Shown here one piece after another: positions 25,218 through 36,400 of a DNA stretch of 64,000 bases; the stretch's first letter is position 1, and each line of letters opens with the position of its first letter. A model generated the notes under the pieces. The model made no database searches. It saw only the letters and a program-made list of their open reading frames with translations, and was not told the DNA's origin. The position numbers and the translations under genes are program-made. The stretch comes from Raillietiella orientalis. Taxonomy: Eukaryota. The stretch is taken from assembly GCA_036172245.1 (NCBI GenBank), contig JAYWIR010000020.1, forward strand, positions 2,356,001-2,420,000, read 5' to 3'.

Positions 25218-26619
25218 TCCCTCTCTGTCTGTCTATCGGCATTTGAGCTCCTAGAAAGTTCATTTTTTCTTTTTTTGCAACGAGTTGAACCGAAGTAACT
25301 GCTGTGCAGAGAGAGCACAAAAAAGTGTCACTTGTGTCTCCCATTCACTCCGACTAATAAGAAAGAGTGTTTTTGATTGGTCCAGACTAATTTACGAATT
25401 TCCTTCCTAGAAAAAAAAAAATCCTGCATTCACAGAATTCGGTGCGTAAACACGGCTTTTCTGTTGAAAGGTGGACAACTGGGAATGCTTCGGGTTTTAT
25501 CGTTCGGATCAAGAGGAAAAGGCGCCAATGGCAATCAATTACAAGTTTTCATTCGTTTTGCCAACCCTTTTCAACGATGACCTGACCTCAAATGTTCTCA
25601 AATAAACAAGAAAACAACTGAGAAAGTGTGATACTGAGTTTTGGGTACGAGATCCTTGTGCAACCAGGCAACACATGCTCGGGAAGGAGGAGGCCATTCT
25701 GGACCCATGAGAAAAAAATCCAAGAACGACAAAGTGCGTTCGTCAACCTTTATCACAAAATCCCTTTGTTTTTTTATTGAGATGAATAACTTAGCGAGAC
25801 CTCACTTCTTAGCTTCTTCATGCTCACCGAAAAAATTATTCGATTTTCAATTTTCCACTGGAGGCTACAGTCAGTATTAATTAGATGCTGAGTGCTTTCA
25901 AGAGCCAGCCAGAGGGAGGTTTTTTTCGTTGCGGAATAAAAGACTTTATCCTGGAACAGCCATATTCGCCTCAGCGTTCAGTGTGCAGAGTCTTGGAAAA
26001 CGTCTTCTTAATCAGCATTTAAGAAAAAAAAAAAAAAATCATCATGATTACGTCACATCACAAAGCACCATCACATCAAAAGTCATGAGAAGAAGGTTTC
26101 GTCAACTGGTCGATACTGTCCGATGGACAATGAAGTAAAACAGCGACCAGAGGATAGGAGAAGGAAGAGTATGTCATGATTTCAATGATTTTGTCAATGA
26201 CTAGTCTGAAAGCTTCCTAAGAAGTGCCAATCCATCGCAGTGGACGAGCGGTTCTTTCGTGTGCAGAAGAAAATGGTTGCAACCGAGGAAAACTGCGACG
26301 CTTCCTGGACGAAACGCAAGAACTGGAATTTGTTTTGAACAAACACTCTGGACTGCAGCTCAAAGCCTTCATTTTAGTCCAAAGAACATGGAAACATCCA
26401 AAGTTGCCCGCGGAGTAATCATGTAGATGCGATTTCGTGCAACTTTCTCTGCATTGCTGCTTTCCTAATGAACTCGAAGATATCAGATCAATCGGAGTCA
26501 AACCGTTCCCTTGGACACCCCTTGGTTTCGCGTGGATTTCATCCTAGTGAAAGCACTCTTTGAATTTATCATTCATCTCAAAAGGTCTGTACCTGATTCG
26601 CAGTCACTGGAACGGGCTT

Positions 26620-26970
26620 GTTTGCTCGGCAGCTTCCTTGGCCACTTCCGAAGACCAGAGCGGTCAGATGTCCTCGCCTGAACACCTACCTAAAACCAGA
26701 CCTTGCCGGCGTCCTCCAAATCATGCAGAAAACCGCCCCTATCAGAATGTGATCCTTTCCCATACCCCCAAAGTTGTTTCATTTTCATTTTGTTTATTTT
26801 TCTTTTTTTGTTTGGCCCCTCCTTTCTGCTGCCGTGGCTAATCTCACCGGTCTGCGAACCGGTAAGACGGCAGGGTATCTACAAAAAGGACGTGGTTGGC
26901 CCAACGGTCCATCCGCAAAAAACTGCTTATTTTATTTTCATACGAGCGCCCCGCTGAACCCGGGAGAAAA
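26620..26970 (+). mobile_element. Short 5'-truncated copy of the same non-LTR family (ORF2 tip plus complete 3'UTR)
   Basis: LAGVLQIMQKT matches LAGILTRMQGT and LASILNRMQRT of other copies. T-rich tract, nested hairpin 26829-26873, terminal gcgccccgctgaacccgggagaaaa. Confidence 0.75.
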
Positions 26971-27288
26971 CTTCCGAAGACCAGCAGAGGCAGCCGCGAG
27001 TCGCTCGCTGCTGCACCTCCGGATCGTAAGATCTTCCGTGGAAGAATTCTTCGCGCCACGGCGGCGGAACGAAGATGCAACCGAGGAAGAATACGAACTT
27101 CCAGCTGGTGTTTCGCCACTCCCGACTTGGCTGAAATCAAGATCAGCATCTGCGGGTTGCACCACCACGAAGAAAGTCCCACAATCGAATGGGGGGAAAC
27201 TGGAGGCGAGCAATGCATCTCACGTTTCGGTTGCGAGGAGATGGAACAGATAAACAAGCAGGACGGAATTATCATCTCCACCCGCGCT

Positions 27289-27294
27289 TATATA
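27289..27294 (+). promoter_or_regulatory. Candidate TATA box of the second Tweedle gene
   Basis: TATATA in a GC-rich context about 55 nt upstream of the ATG at 27346. Confidence 0.55.
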
Positions 27295-27345
27295 CGGGGA
27301 ACCGTTTCGCTGTTCTTCGCGAAAGGTACTTGACTGGTCGCAGAG

Positions 27346-27360
27346 ATGCCAAGCTCCCTG
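27346..27360 (+). CDS. Tweedle-family gene, exon 1 (MPSSL)
   Basis: ATG plus 4 codons followed by a strong donor GTGAGT at 27361. Phase-0 splice to the AG at 27526-27527, with a branch-like tactgac near 27492, restores the reading frame. Confidence 0.8.
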
Positions 27361-27527
27361 GTGAGTAATCTTAGAGATTCACTGCCACTGCTAGCTTCCC
27401 TGTGCAACTTGGACCGCCGTAGAGGGCGCGTGAGCGAAGGGACTGTTTGCATGGGGTGCGGTGGGGAGGGGAACCCTTTCCTTGTTAGTGATACTGACTG
27501 TAACCCGGTTGTTGTTGTACTTGACAG

Positions 27528-28217
27528 GTCGACCTGCTCCTGATTGTTCACTCGTTCAGTGCACTCAGCGGGGGAGTGTGCGGGATCGATTACCAGTATG
27601 GCGTTCCTCCTCCCCGAGAGGAAATTCGCAAGGAGATCTACACATTCATCGCGCCAGAAGAAGACGCTCACCCGCCCATCTACGTGAAGTCTCCCCCTCC
27701 TCCTCCGCTGACGTACAAAATCATCTTCATTAAAGCCCCCACCTCAGGCCCTCCAAAAGTCATACTGCCCCCGATAGCGGCTCCGAACAAGGAGAAGATC
27801 TTGATTTACCTGTTGAAGAAGAAACCCGCTTACTCAACGGTGCCCCAGATCCAGTACGAGTTTCCAAAGAAACCGTTCAAGCCAGAAGTCTTTTACGCCG
27901 CTTATTCAGCGCCTCAGGAAGGACCTTACAAAGCCTCCGGGCAGCCCAGCAGCACTTACGACTCCCACTACACTTCATTCAATGTGGGTTCTTCCTCAGG
28001 ATCTTACAGGCCGCCACCGTACTCCCCCACCTCATACTTGAAAGGTTTGATGATGAGCTTTGACCAGTTAGAAGAAGAAGACGAGACTTCAAGAGCACTC
28101 GTGTGGTCACTGCTGAGGCGCTGCGCGTGTTTTTCAGATGCCAGCAACGCGAAGACCTCCTCCGTTCTTCCGTCGAGCGAACTCCCACCTCCGCCGCCGA
28201 TGCTCGGGAAAACGTAG
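27528..28217 (+). CDS. Tweedle-family (DUF243) cuticular protein, exon 2; predicted ~234-aa secreted protein
   Basis: The spliced N-terminus MPSSLVDLLLIVHSFSALSGGVCG is signal-peptide-like. All four Tweedle blocks are present: KEIYTFIAPEE, YKIIFIKAP, KEKILIYLLKKKP, KPEVFYAAY. Pro/Ser/Tyr-rich tail. The C-terminus after about 28045 is uncertain. Confidence 0.88.
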   Translation, partial: VDLLLIVHSFSALSGGVCGIDYQYGVPPPREEIRKEIYTFIAPEEDAHPPIYVKSPPPPPLTYKIIFIKAPTSGPPKVILPPIAAPNKEKILIYLLKKKPAYSTVPQIQYEFPKKPFKPEVFYAAYSAPQEGPYKASGQPSSTYDSHYTSFNVGSSSGSYRPPPYSPTSYLKGLMMSFDQLEEEDETSRALVWSLLRRCACFSDASNAKTSSVLPSSELPPPPPMLGKT

Positions 28218-28599
28218 CCCGGTTCAGAGACAAGCGGGTCCCGAGTTTCCCCCGGGAGAGCGTGGCAGGTTCTTGTGAAGGAATAAAAAGAGGAATCCTT
28301 TTCTTTGACTTCACCGTCATTTGCGCGATACCGGAATCGTCTGGAGGCTCCGTTTTGTTCAAGAGTCCCTGCTTCTTCAGGTTCTGAGCCAAAAAGGGAG
28401 GACAAGGACGACAATGAAAAAGCCGGTGGGAAGAAGGAAAGTGGGTTGCTTGGATGGAGGAAGAAGATTTTCAGGATCCCGACAACACCGCCTGATGTCC
28501 GGTCCGCCCTCCGGCCTCGCAAAGAGTCGAGCGGCACGGGAGCGGGTGTCGGCGTCCCGCTCCACGCCATCTACTCTTCCATGCCCGCTCCTTCCCCCG

Positions 28600-30300
28600 C
28601 ATTCCAGACGACGATTCCGCCTCCGTCCGAGGAGGCGAACTGCGCCTCGCCCCCTGCGGGCGTCCGAAGCTCCCGCAGATTCCGCAGGCGGCATCCTCTG
28701 GAGGTCGCCTGGAAGAAGCCGAACGCCCCCCTTCTGCTGATTTCTGACCACTCCCGATTCCTCCGGCCGATGGACGGACCGCTGCCTCGCCGACGGGATC
28801 CCCGGGCCTATCCTCTCCTTCCCCCATGGGGTGGACGGATCCTTCCTAGGGAGGCTGCGCCCGCTGCGTTCCCGCTTTTCACACCTGAGTTCCTGTAGAC
28901 GGTGAACTTGGGGGAATTTGCAGCGTCAGCGTTGGCGGGCCGTGTGGTTGCAGTCTCTCCCCGCTCGAGGTGGAGCCAGGCGTTGCGGGCTCGAATCCCC
29001 AAATGGAGGATCGAGTCGAGAAATGGATGGCGCATCATGGGCTCCCTGCAGGACGGCAACGCTGGCTGGCCTGTGGGTTTCGGGTGCGGCGCTGCTTCCG
29101 AAAGCCAGGAATCCCCGGATGCCTTCGTTGGATGTTCTGGATTGAAAGTTGACCTTTCGGGGTCGTTCCAGAAAATCAGGGAGCCCTTCGGAGTTTTCCT
29201 TCGCTTGTGAAAAGGGACCCTCATCGCTTCCATGGAACTTGTTGATGCCCTCGGAGGGGTTGCCTCACCAGGGTGCAAGAGGAGCGCTGCTTCCTCCGAG
29301 GGGTTCCTCCGGAAAGAATAAGGAAGAGGTTCCCTTCGTGGTTTTCCCTATCAGGCTATCGGGCTTAAGGGGAACGGACTTTCTGGATGCAAAGGTGGTC
29401 TCCTCCCGCTGTACCCCCTGTAACTTGAAGAGTCACACGCATCCTTGGGAAGTGTAGACGGTGTCAAAGGGCTTTGTGACCCCCCCTATTCCTCAAGAGG
29501 AGGCGTGACGAGAGGCGAACAGTTCGAAGGGAACGGTTCTTCAGCACATATCGAACCAAAGAAGGAAGGAAAAAGAAATAAAGCGGGAAGGAAAGCGGAA
29601 AAAACAGGAGAACCCGAGAGCATTTCTATTATCAACAATCACGCTGGGGAGAGCTGCTCTACATCCTTCCGGAGGAGGTGACGTGGCCCTTCCACAGCGT
29701 GCTGGAACGGTGGTGCCTCAAGTGGCAGAAGTCAGCGTTGCTGGTGGTGTATGGGGGGGATCCCGTGCAAAGCGTGCCTCCACCAGTGCACACGGAAGGG
29801 GGCAGCGTGGACTCTCAGAGTGGGGCAGGTGCAGGGAGCAAGAGACCCTTCCGCACCTGCTGTTAAACTGTTCCGCCCTCCGACACTTTTGTTAACGCCT
29901 CGCGGCGACCCTAGGTATCCCGTTGGGCGGACTCAGGGACATTGTCAAGGTGCGTGCTGCACTGCCGCCAGCCGCGTCCCCCGCAGTCCTCTGCTGTCTT
30001 CGCGGGATCACGAAGTTCTGGAACGCCGGAAGAGGAGGTCGAAACGGCAGGGACTCCATCCATTGGACTCGGATCTTCCTGAGGACTGCCTCGAGAGGGC
30101 CCCACCTGGAGACGAGACAAGGACAAAACTAGCCAGCATCCTGAACAGAATGCAGAGGACGTCGGGCAGCGTCCTGAGATCCCTTCCTCGGTCCTTCGTA
30201 AAACTACCCCCCTCCCTCCATTCGTTTTGTGTGTAATTTTGTTGGTTTTTGTTTTCCCCTCCCCCACGCTGCCGAAGCAGACCTCTCCGGTCTGCGTGCC
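28600..30300 (+). mobile_element. Internally deleted L1/Tx1-type element: endonuclease and linker joined (near 29670) to zf-RVT and partial 3'UTR
   Basis: Degenerate APE-like series (LLLISDH, LAGRVVAVS), then LRGTDFL and NLKSHTHP, then LKWQKSALLVVYGG...CREQETLPHLLLNCSAL...RTASRGPHL. The UTR ends at the hairpin loop at 30300. Confidence 0.75.
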
Positions 30301-32294
30301 AATCCACTAGTCCATGTCTTTTCTTGCTGACTTCCCGACCAAGTTCTCCTCAAATTACTTCCGTGAGCAATACGGAAAGACAGGAGCACCTCAGTGAGAG
30401 ACCAAGAATTCGCGCCAAGCGGACGAAAATTAAGTGGTCACATTTCTTTCATAACAGCAACTGGTAACGGAAACAGCAGCACCAGGAAGAAAACCTCCTC
30501 TTCAGGAACTGGGACAAACAGGACTACTGCCAACTATAAACTCTACTGTGGAAGACAGACGTGATGGTCACGCTCAGGGCTTTTACGATCCCAGGTTCAT
30601 TTATCTGATCCCAGGGAATTTTCCGTTGCAATCTAAAAATAGTCCGCCACTCCCAGCAGAAAACTCACGTCCTTCTGAGAATAACTGAATTTTATTCTTG
30701 TAAAATTTATCTTGAGTTATAAAAAATAATATTTAGGAAGCTTCTAAACAACCTCAACTTTCATGCGATGCAGTGTTTTATGTATGGATGACTCGCTTTA
30801 GGTATCGAGTTCAATTTCTAGATGCTAAGCCATCGGTGTTCACGTGGTGTTTGATTTGACTGGAGATAAGAAATGAGAGCAGAGGAGGATGTTTTGCAGA
30901 TTATAAGAAGAAATCCAGAAACGGTACCGGTGACCTGGATGATGCTTTGCTGTCAGCGTCATCATTCATGGTGTTCGTTTCGAGGGTCACGAGTTAGGGC
31001 AGCCGGCATGAGGATCCTAGGGTCAGAAGGGCGCCTTTCAATATTCCAGGGCTTTCGATGGAAACAACCACTTTGATCTTGATTCAGCTCACCTGAAGCA
31101 TCTTTTGTTGCAGCTGTCTGTGTTTTGTTTTCTTGACTTCTTTCGAGCCCCTTGGACCCTCTTGCCACGCGGATTTCTTGTAACTCAGCGAGGAAAGTGC
31201 GACAGTCTTCCATGTAAAGCGGTAAATGAGCCTCGTACGACGCTGCGGATGAAGTTCAGTCTTGTGTCACAGTTTCTGCTCAGCTGTTTTCCCAAAAAAA
31301 ACAGAACACGAGCACACGATGTAAGTAGGCCGGATTCTATTACACTGAAGCTTCCGTGAAGCGCTGGAAGGTGCATTTTTCAGGAACCATCGAGCTGAAA
31401 GACTGGACTCGAAAAATCGTGGTCTTTAGAATCGCATAAACTGATTCAGCATCAAGGGAACTCTAAGGGCTCTCGCTTTCTTTACTTTGAGTCAAGTGCT
31501 AAATAAACAAACCTCAACTTTTTTTTGGTTTTTTCAAGTAAAGTAATAAATGTTATGCACTTATAACGCTTAAGATACATTTCAAGTCTTTTACAAATAC
31601 CATCCATGATCTCATCGAGTAACCAATAAGCAGTCTTCATTAGGCTGAACTCTCCCCAAAAAACATAATATTCTCGAAAAAGTCCACGTTTATTTATAAC
31701 ATGGTATTCTGGAGGTATTTGGAAAAGAGAATGACCGTATTTTTTACTCTGTACTTTTCAGTTACTTATGTACTGCCTTTAGCGCTGATCAGCTTCCTGT
31801 TATTTGAGTTCTACTTATAGCACACAGCCAAGGTTGATTTCCCCATTCCTTTGCATGATGTTCAGAATTGCTGCGAGGCTGAAGTACCAGCTGACGTCGT
31901 TTTTGAGGGCAAACGGATGATATGGGAGTGCTTTCATGTAATTCAACGATAACAAGAAAGGAGGAACGAGAAAAGAAGAAACCCAGCTCTGGAGAGCAGA
32001 AGAGCATGGCTGGAGTCATGGGACATGAAATTCAGTGGGATGCTGTAGCATCTTCTTCGGCATCTCTCAGGTCCTCTGCCGTGCTTTGGCAGTTTGCTTC
32101 CAAGCCTGAACCCTGTAAGCGGACGTTGTCAGGATGAACAGAGGAAATTCGAGGTAGCAAAAATTCATCTTCAACAGGAAAGGGGAGAAGGGAGTAAGAA
32201 AAATCTCAGGAAAGCAATATGCATGTTCTTAGGCATTTTATGGCCACTAACTTGTCAGACAGACGTGATCCAAGATTCAAAATTTCGAGAGTAC

Positions 32295-33400
32295 TTATGG
32301 TCCCAGCAACTGCAAGCCAAGAGATTCGACATCCATGATTATGAATGCAATCACTACCACAAATCCGATGTTCACAGTTTGATGCACGTTTGCAGCCACC
32401 AGGAATCTCCAGAATACTGGAGCAAAACTGAATTCGTAGATGTCCCATCCAGAGACTCCAAATTCCACTTTCACCTATGTAATGTCTAGAGAACACCGTG
32501 AAAGACAAACCGTCATAGTAGCACGACGATGTGAGATGCATATTCAGAGGGTTTTCATCATCTATTCACTTGGGTGCAGTGCTATCAGAGATCATTTTAA
32601 ACAGCTGCATAGACTCATTCCCAATACCTGATTTATTGTCTGCTGTTCTTGCAAGCACCTGAACATGTCCACAAACACTGTGCTCTCTATAGGCACAGAA
32701 ATACGGGGCAGACTCGGCTTGATGCTCATTATCTCGTAACCATAAATCATGTAGCAGAAAATGGGACCGTTGGTTTCCGAAAGGCATAATATTGAACCCA
32801 ACTCAAGAGCATGACTTGTAGTTATCTTGCAGGTCACACAAGGGCCCTGTTCATGCAGGTCGTTCAATGAAAACATGGCGCGCATTCCTGCTTATTGAAT
32901 CCTGCCTCTGCATTTGCAATTATTTATCCCGAAATCCGTGTGCCAAACTGCACGGAGTATCAGGTTCGCTGATGAAAAAAAAAAAAAAAAATCAACCAGG
33001 CTCCTGCCAAATACTAACAGAACACTACCATCTGGACACAACGAACTGGAGGAACAACTAGCTCTCCTCTTTCTAAAGAGCCCATCCAATTGAGAGAAAC
33101 CTCTGCATCTTTTGAGGCACACCCTATGCATTCTGCAGTAAGAGGAAAGGAAGAAACGTATGCAAACATTATGAAGCTGTTGACAAAGTTCATGATTTCA
33201 TCATTCCGTAAAAGGCGGAAATCAAACAGAAAGAAATATAGCAGTATCTTCCCGGGTTTTCGGTGATCTCTGTTTCGGCTTTCAAATTTTGCAGTTTCCG
33301 GATGAAGCTGTTGCATGAGTTTGCAGAATCACAGCGAGCAAGACCACCAAGGAATCAGGTCCAAATCTTCAAGATTTGGTAAGCTATGGGCAAGTGGACG
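32295..33400 (-). pseudogene. Possible degenerate gustatory-receptor-like (7TM chemoreceptor) C-terminal exons
   Basis: Hydrophobic segments in receptor-like order: FGPDSLVVLLAVIL, DEIMNFVNSFIMFAYVSSF, IMSIKPSLPRISVPIESTVFVDMF, VEFGVSGWDIYEF...IGFVVVIAFII then stop. Frames and splice phases do not join cleanly. Confidence 0.35.
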
Positions 33401-36400
33401 TCTTGGATTCAGACCGGAAGTTAGCAAGACCGTACAGCCAGACCCGTTATGAAGCCTTGAAGAGACTCTTCAGATAAAGAGAAATACTGCCTGGGCTTAG
33501 CTGGAATGACTATTTTGGGTTGCCACACAACAGCGGCAGGAGAACATTCTGAATATGATGTAGCAGTGCGGTACCTCTTAAATGAGGAAAGTGCAGCTTG
33601 ATGTATGGGTGGAGGCTTTTGTGAAAAGATTGGGCATTTATCATGAATAGGTATATTTCAAGAGCTCGCTAGCAAAGTCTCCTCATTTTCCCTCATAAGA
33701 TGCCATTACAGGAGGTTTAATCTATCTTTGCATGCATCGCGAATTCCTTCGTGGAGACACATGTTCCCAATTGCTGAGAACACTCCAAGAACAGACTTTC
33801 CTTGAACCATAATTGACCTGTTTAGAAGAATCCTCATGCAGAATCTTTGGAAACGACGCCACGTATACGGGTCTAAAATAAGTAGAACCGACTATAATAG
33901 CTCCTAGATCAATTACGTTACTAACCCTATCAGGTGGGAGTGATTTTTGACTGCCAACTGCATGGGAAACTCTGGGGACCGAGTGCTGAGGCCATTGCAT
34001 TCGGAGCTAAATATCTCATGATGGTAGGTGAACTCGTTTTTCACGAGACTTCAGCCTATGAGAGAGGATGCCATTAAGAGACTGATGTTCAAAGGCATAC
34101 ACTTCGTTTGAGAACCCTAACTACCATCCTTGGAGGAAACTTAGCATTCTTAGAGTTTAGAGCAGTTCCAGGGCGCTTGCCGATATTTCCAAGCGAATTC
34201 GAAAACGGATATTATTGGCGTCGTACTCGTTATTCGAAGTTCATCTCAGCAAATGTTCATCTCTTAAAAGAACCTTGTTTCTGCATGATCACGCTGAACG
34301 AGAAGAGTCTTATCCGATAAATCTACCAGAGGTTCCCCGTTTGCCGAGGTGCTTAATGTCCCGACGGGAGTGGAAAAGAGAAATTCAGAAGGCGAAAGAC
34401 GCCGGAGCGCAGCTTTGTGCATTTGGACTAGCAGTGGCTCCTTACTACTGAGGATCTTCTATTGCCACAGATACACTACTGCTGCGATCCCATCTGTTGC
34501 GGAGCAAACATCTGGGTTTCAAGCTACTACTAGCCTGCATGGTGTGCGCATGCTCCACAAGTCGCTGTTTTGCCGGTGGCGGTACATGAGCCAGATACAA
34601 GACTTGTGTCTAAAACGGCCACCTCTAAACCAATGCTGAAAGGAAGAGCAGTCTCTTCTCCTCAGAGCCATGACGTGACACAGGACACGACTTCTTAATC
34701 GAGATCAGGCGGTTCCTTTCCCTTCATCTGTCTTCACACTGAATGCCATGGTACTCATATTCCACAACAGATTTGTACGTCTGTTACCGTTCATTTGAAT
34801 CGGAAGAACATTCCTCACCAGTGCAAATAAGACATGAAAAGAGCTTTCAGGGCATCGGTAAACTTTAAAAGCAGCCACTTGGAGAGGAAACTTCTCCACG
34901 GTTTGCCTCCAACCAACGAATACCCCCCGTGAACTGCGAGTGCATGGTTTTCCTCATTTACCGGATCTTCCTGCTCCAGGGATCTCGGCTGCAAACGTCC
35001 AGATCGCTACTTTCGATGCGATGCATGATAAGCAGAGTATTGCCGTCATGGTTCCAACCTACTGACAAAACACGTTAAACCATGACGCATGTGTTTCGTT
35101 AGCAAGCAAACAAGTGGTCCATGCACGGCTTTCCTTCGGCAAGCGAGTTTTTCTAATTGAATGCCATTATATAATAGCGGAAAAAATGAAAAACATCTTC
35201 GAGCGAGTGAACGTTCCACGGAGCTTGTGCATGTGTTCCCAAAGGCAGAGGTCAAGAAAAGCTCTCTAGACGCTAGAGCAAGGTTTCTGACGATCGTGAA
35301 GATGCTCAACGAGACATGATTAGAGGTTATGCGATGGAGTGACCTGCGGACAACCATTGCGCTGCAGTGAATCATGAGAAGAGATAAAATGAAGAGACGG
35401 AAACGACGAAGCGAGCCGAAATGCGGCCGCAAGTGACTTTGCAGATGAGAGCCTCCTTCCAGGAAACAGATGGATTTTGTCCGTATTGCCAGACGCTCGC
35501 AGGAAGCTGAGTCGAGATGCGCGTACGCAAGACGTTGGTAGCATTTTGAAAGGGCATGGAGATGTTTGGCGATTGCACTCGATCAAAAGTGAGAACGGAT
35601 GGTGAGTAAGTCGCGAAGAGGCAACGCAACAAGAAAGCCGTGTCCGTCTTAGAGCTTGAAGCACGTGTGAATGCCTGAGATACCATTTTGAGTCTTTTAC
35701 AGTATCCTTCTGCTCGGCTGACAAGAATTACGTTTAGAAACGCGTCTAATTTCAAAGGATTCTCCATCAGTAGATTCCTTGCCCCATCGAGGAGGAAGGG
35801 GATTCGTCTTTTGCTTCTTTTCCAAGATTTCCTAACCATTGGGAGCTCCTGCAACGCTCCGATGCATCTGTTCCCTATGCATCTGTGAGTTGATTTTCAG
35901 GAGATCATTCCAAAGGTGTTCCTGCTGAAGGGAATGCCGGGAGGTCGCATGGCTTCTATGAGGAACATGATCTCAAGCGCACGAGTATCTTTTTTGGATG
36001 AAGCTCAGACCCGTGCTTTCCATTTCAGAAACCAGCTGGGTGTTCTGTACCATGTGTACGATACAGTGTAAAATGTTTTTTTTTTCTTTAAAGTCCAGGG
36101 TGGAAAGCACCTAGACCAAGGTTCTAGGTTCCAGCTTCCGTTTTGATTCATCTCTTTATACAATCCATCCCATGCTCTTACCATGCCTTCATTCGAAAGA
36201 CTCGGTGCTGAGGAAGACATCCAAAGGAAGATGCTTCGCAACTGTGTCTCCTGTGGAGCGAAACTGCACCCTATGTACTTTGGAAAAGTGCAAACTGGAT
36301 ATCACTTGAAGAGATAGCCCTGTACAGTTGACTTCATGCTGACAAGATCACATAGATAGAACGGTGGAAAACTGCACAAGAGCAACATCCATGGACCATG

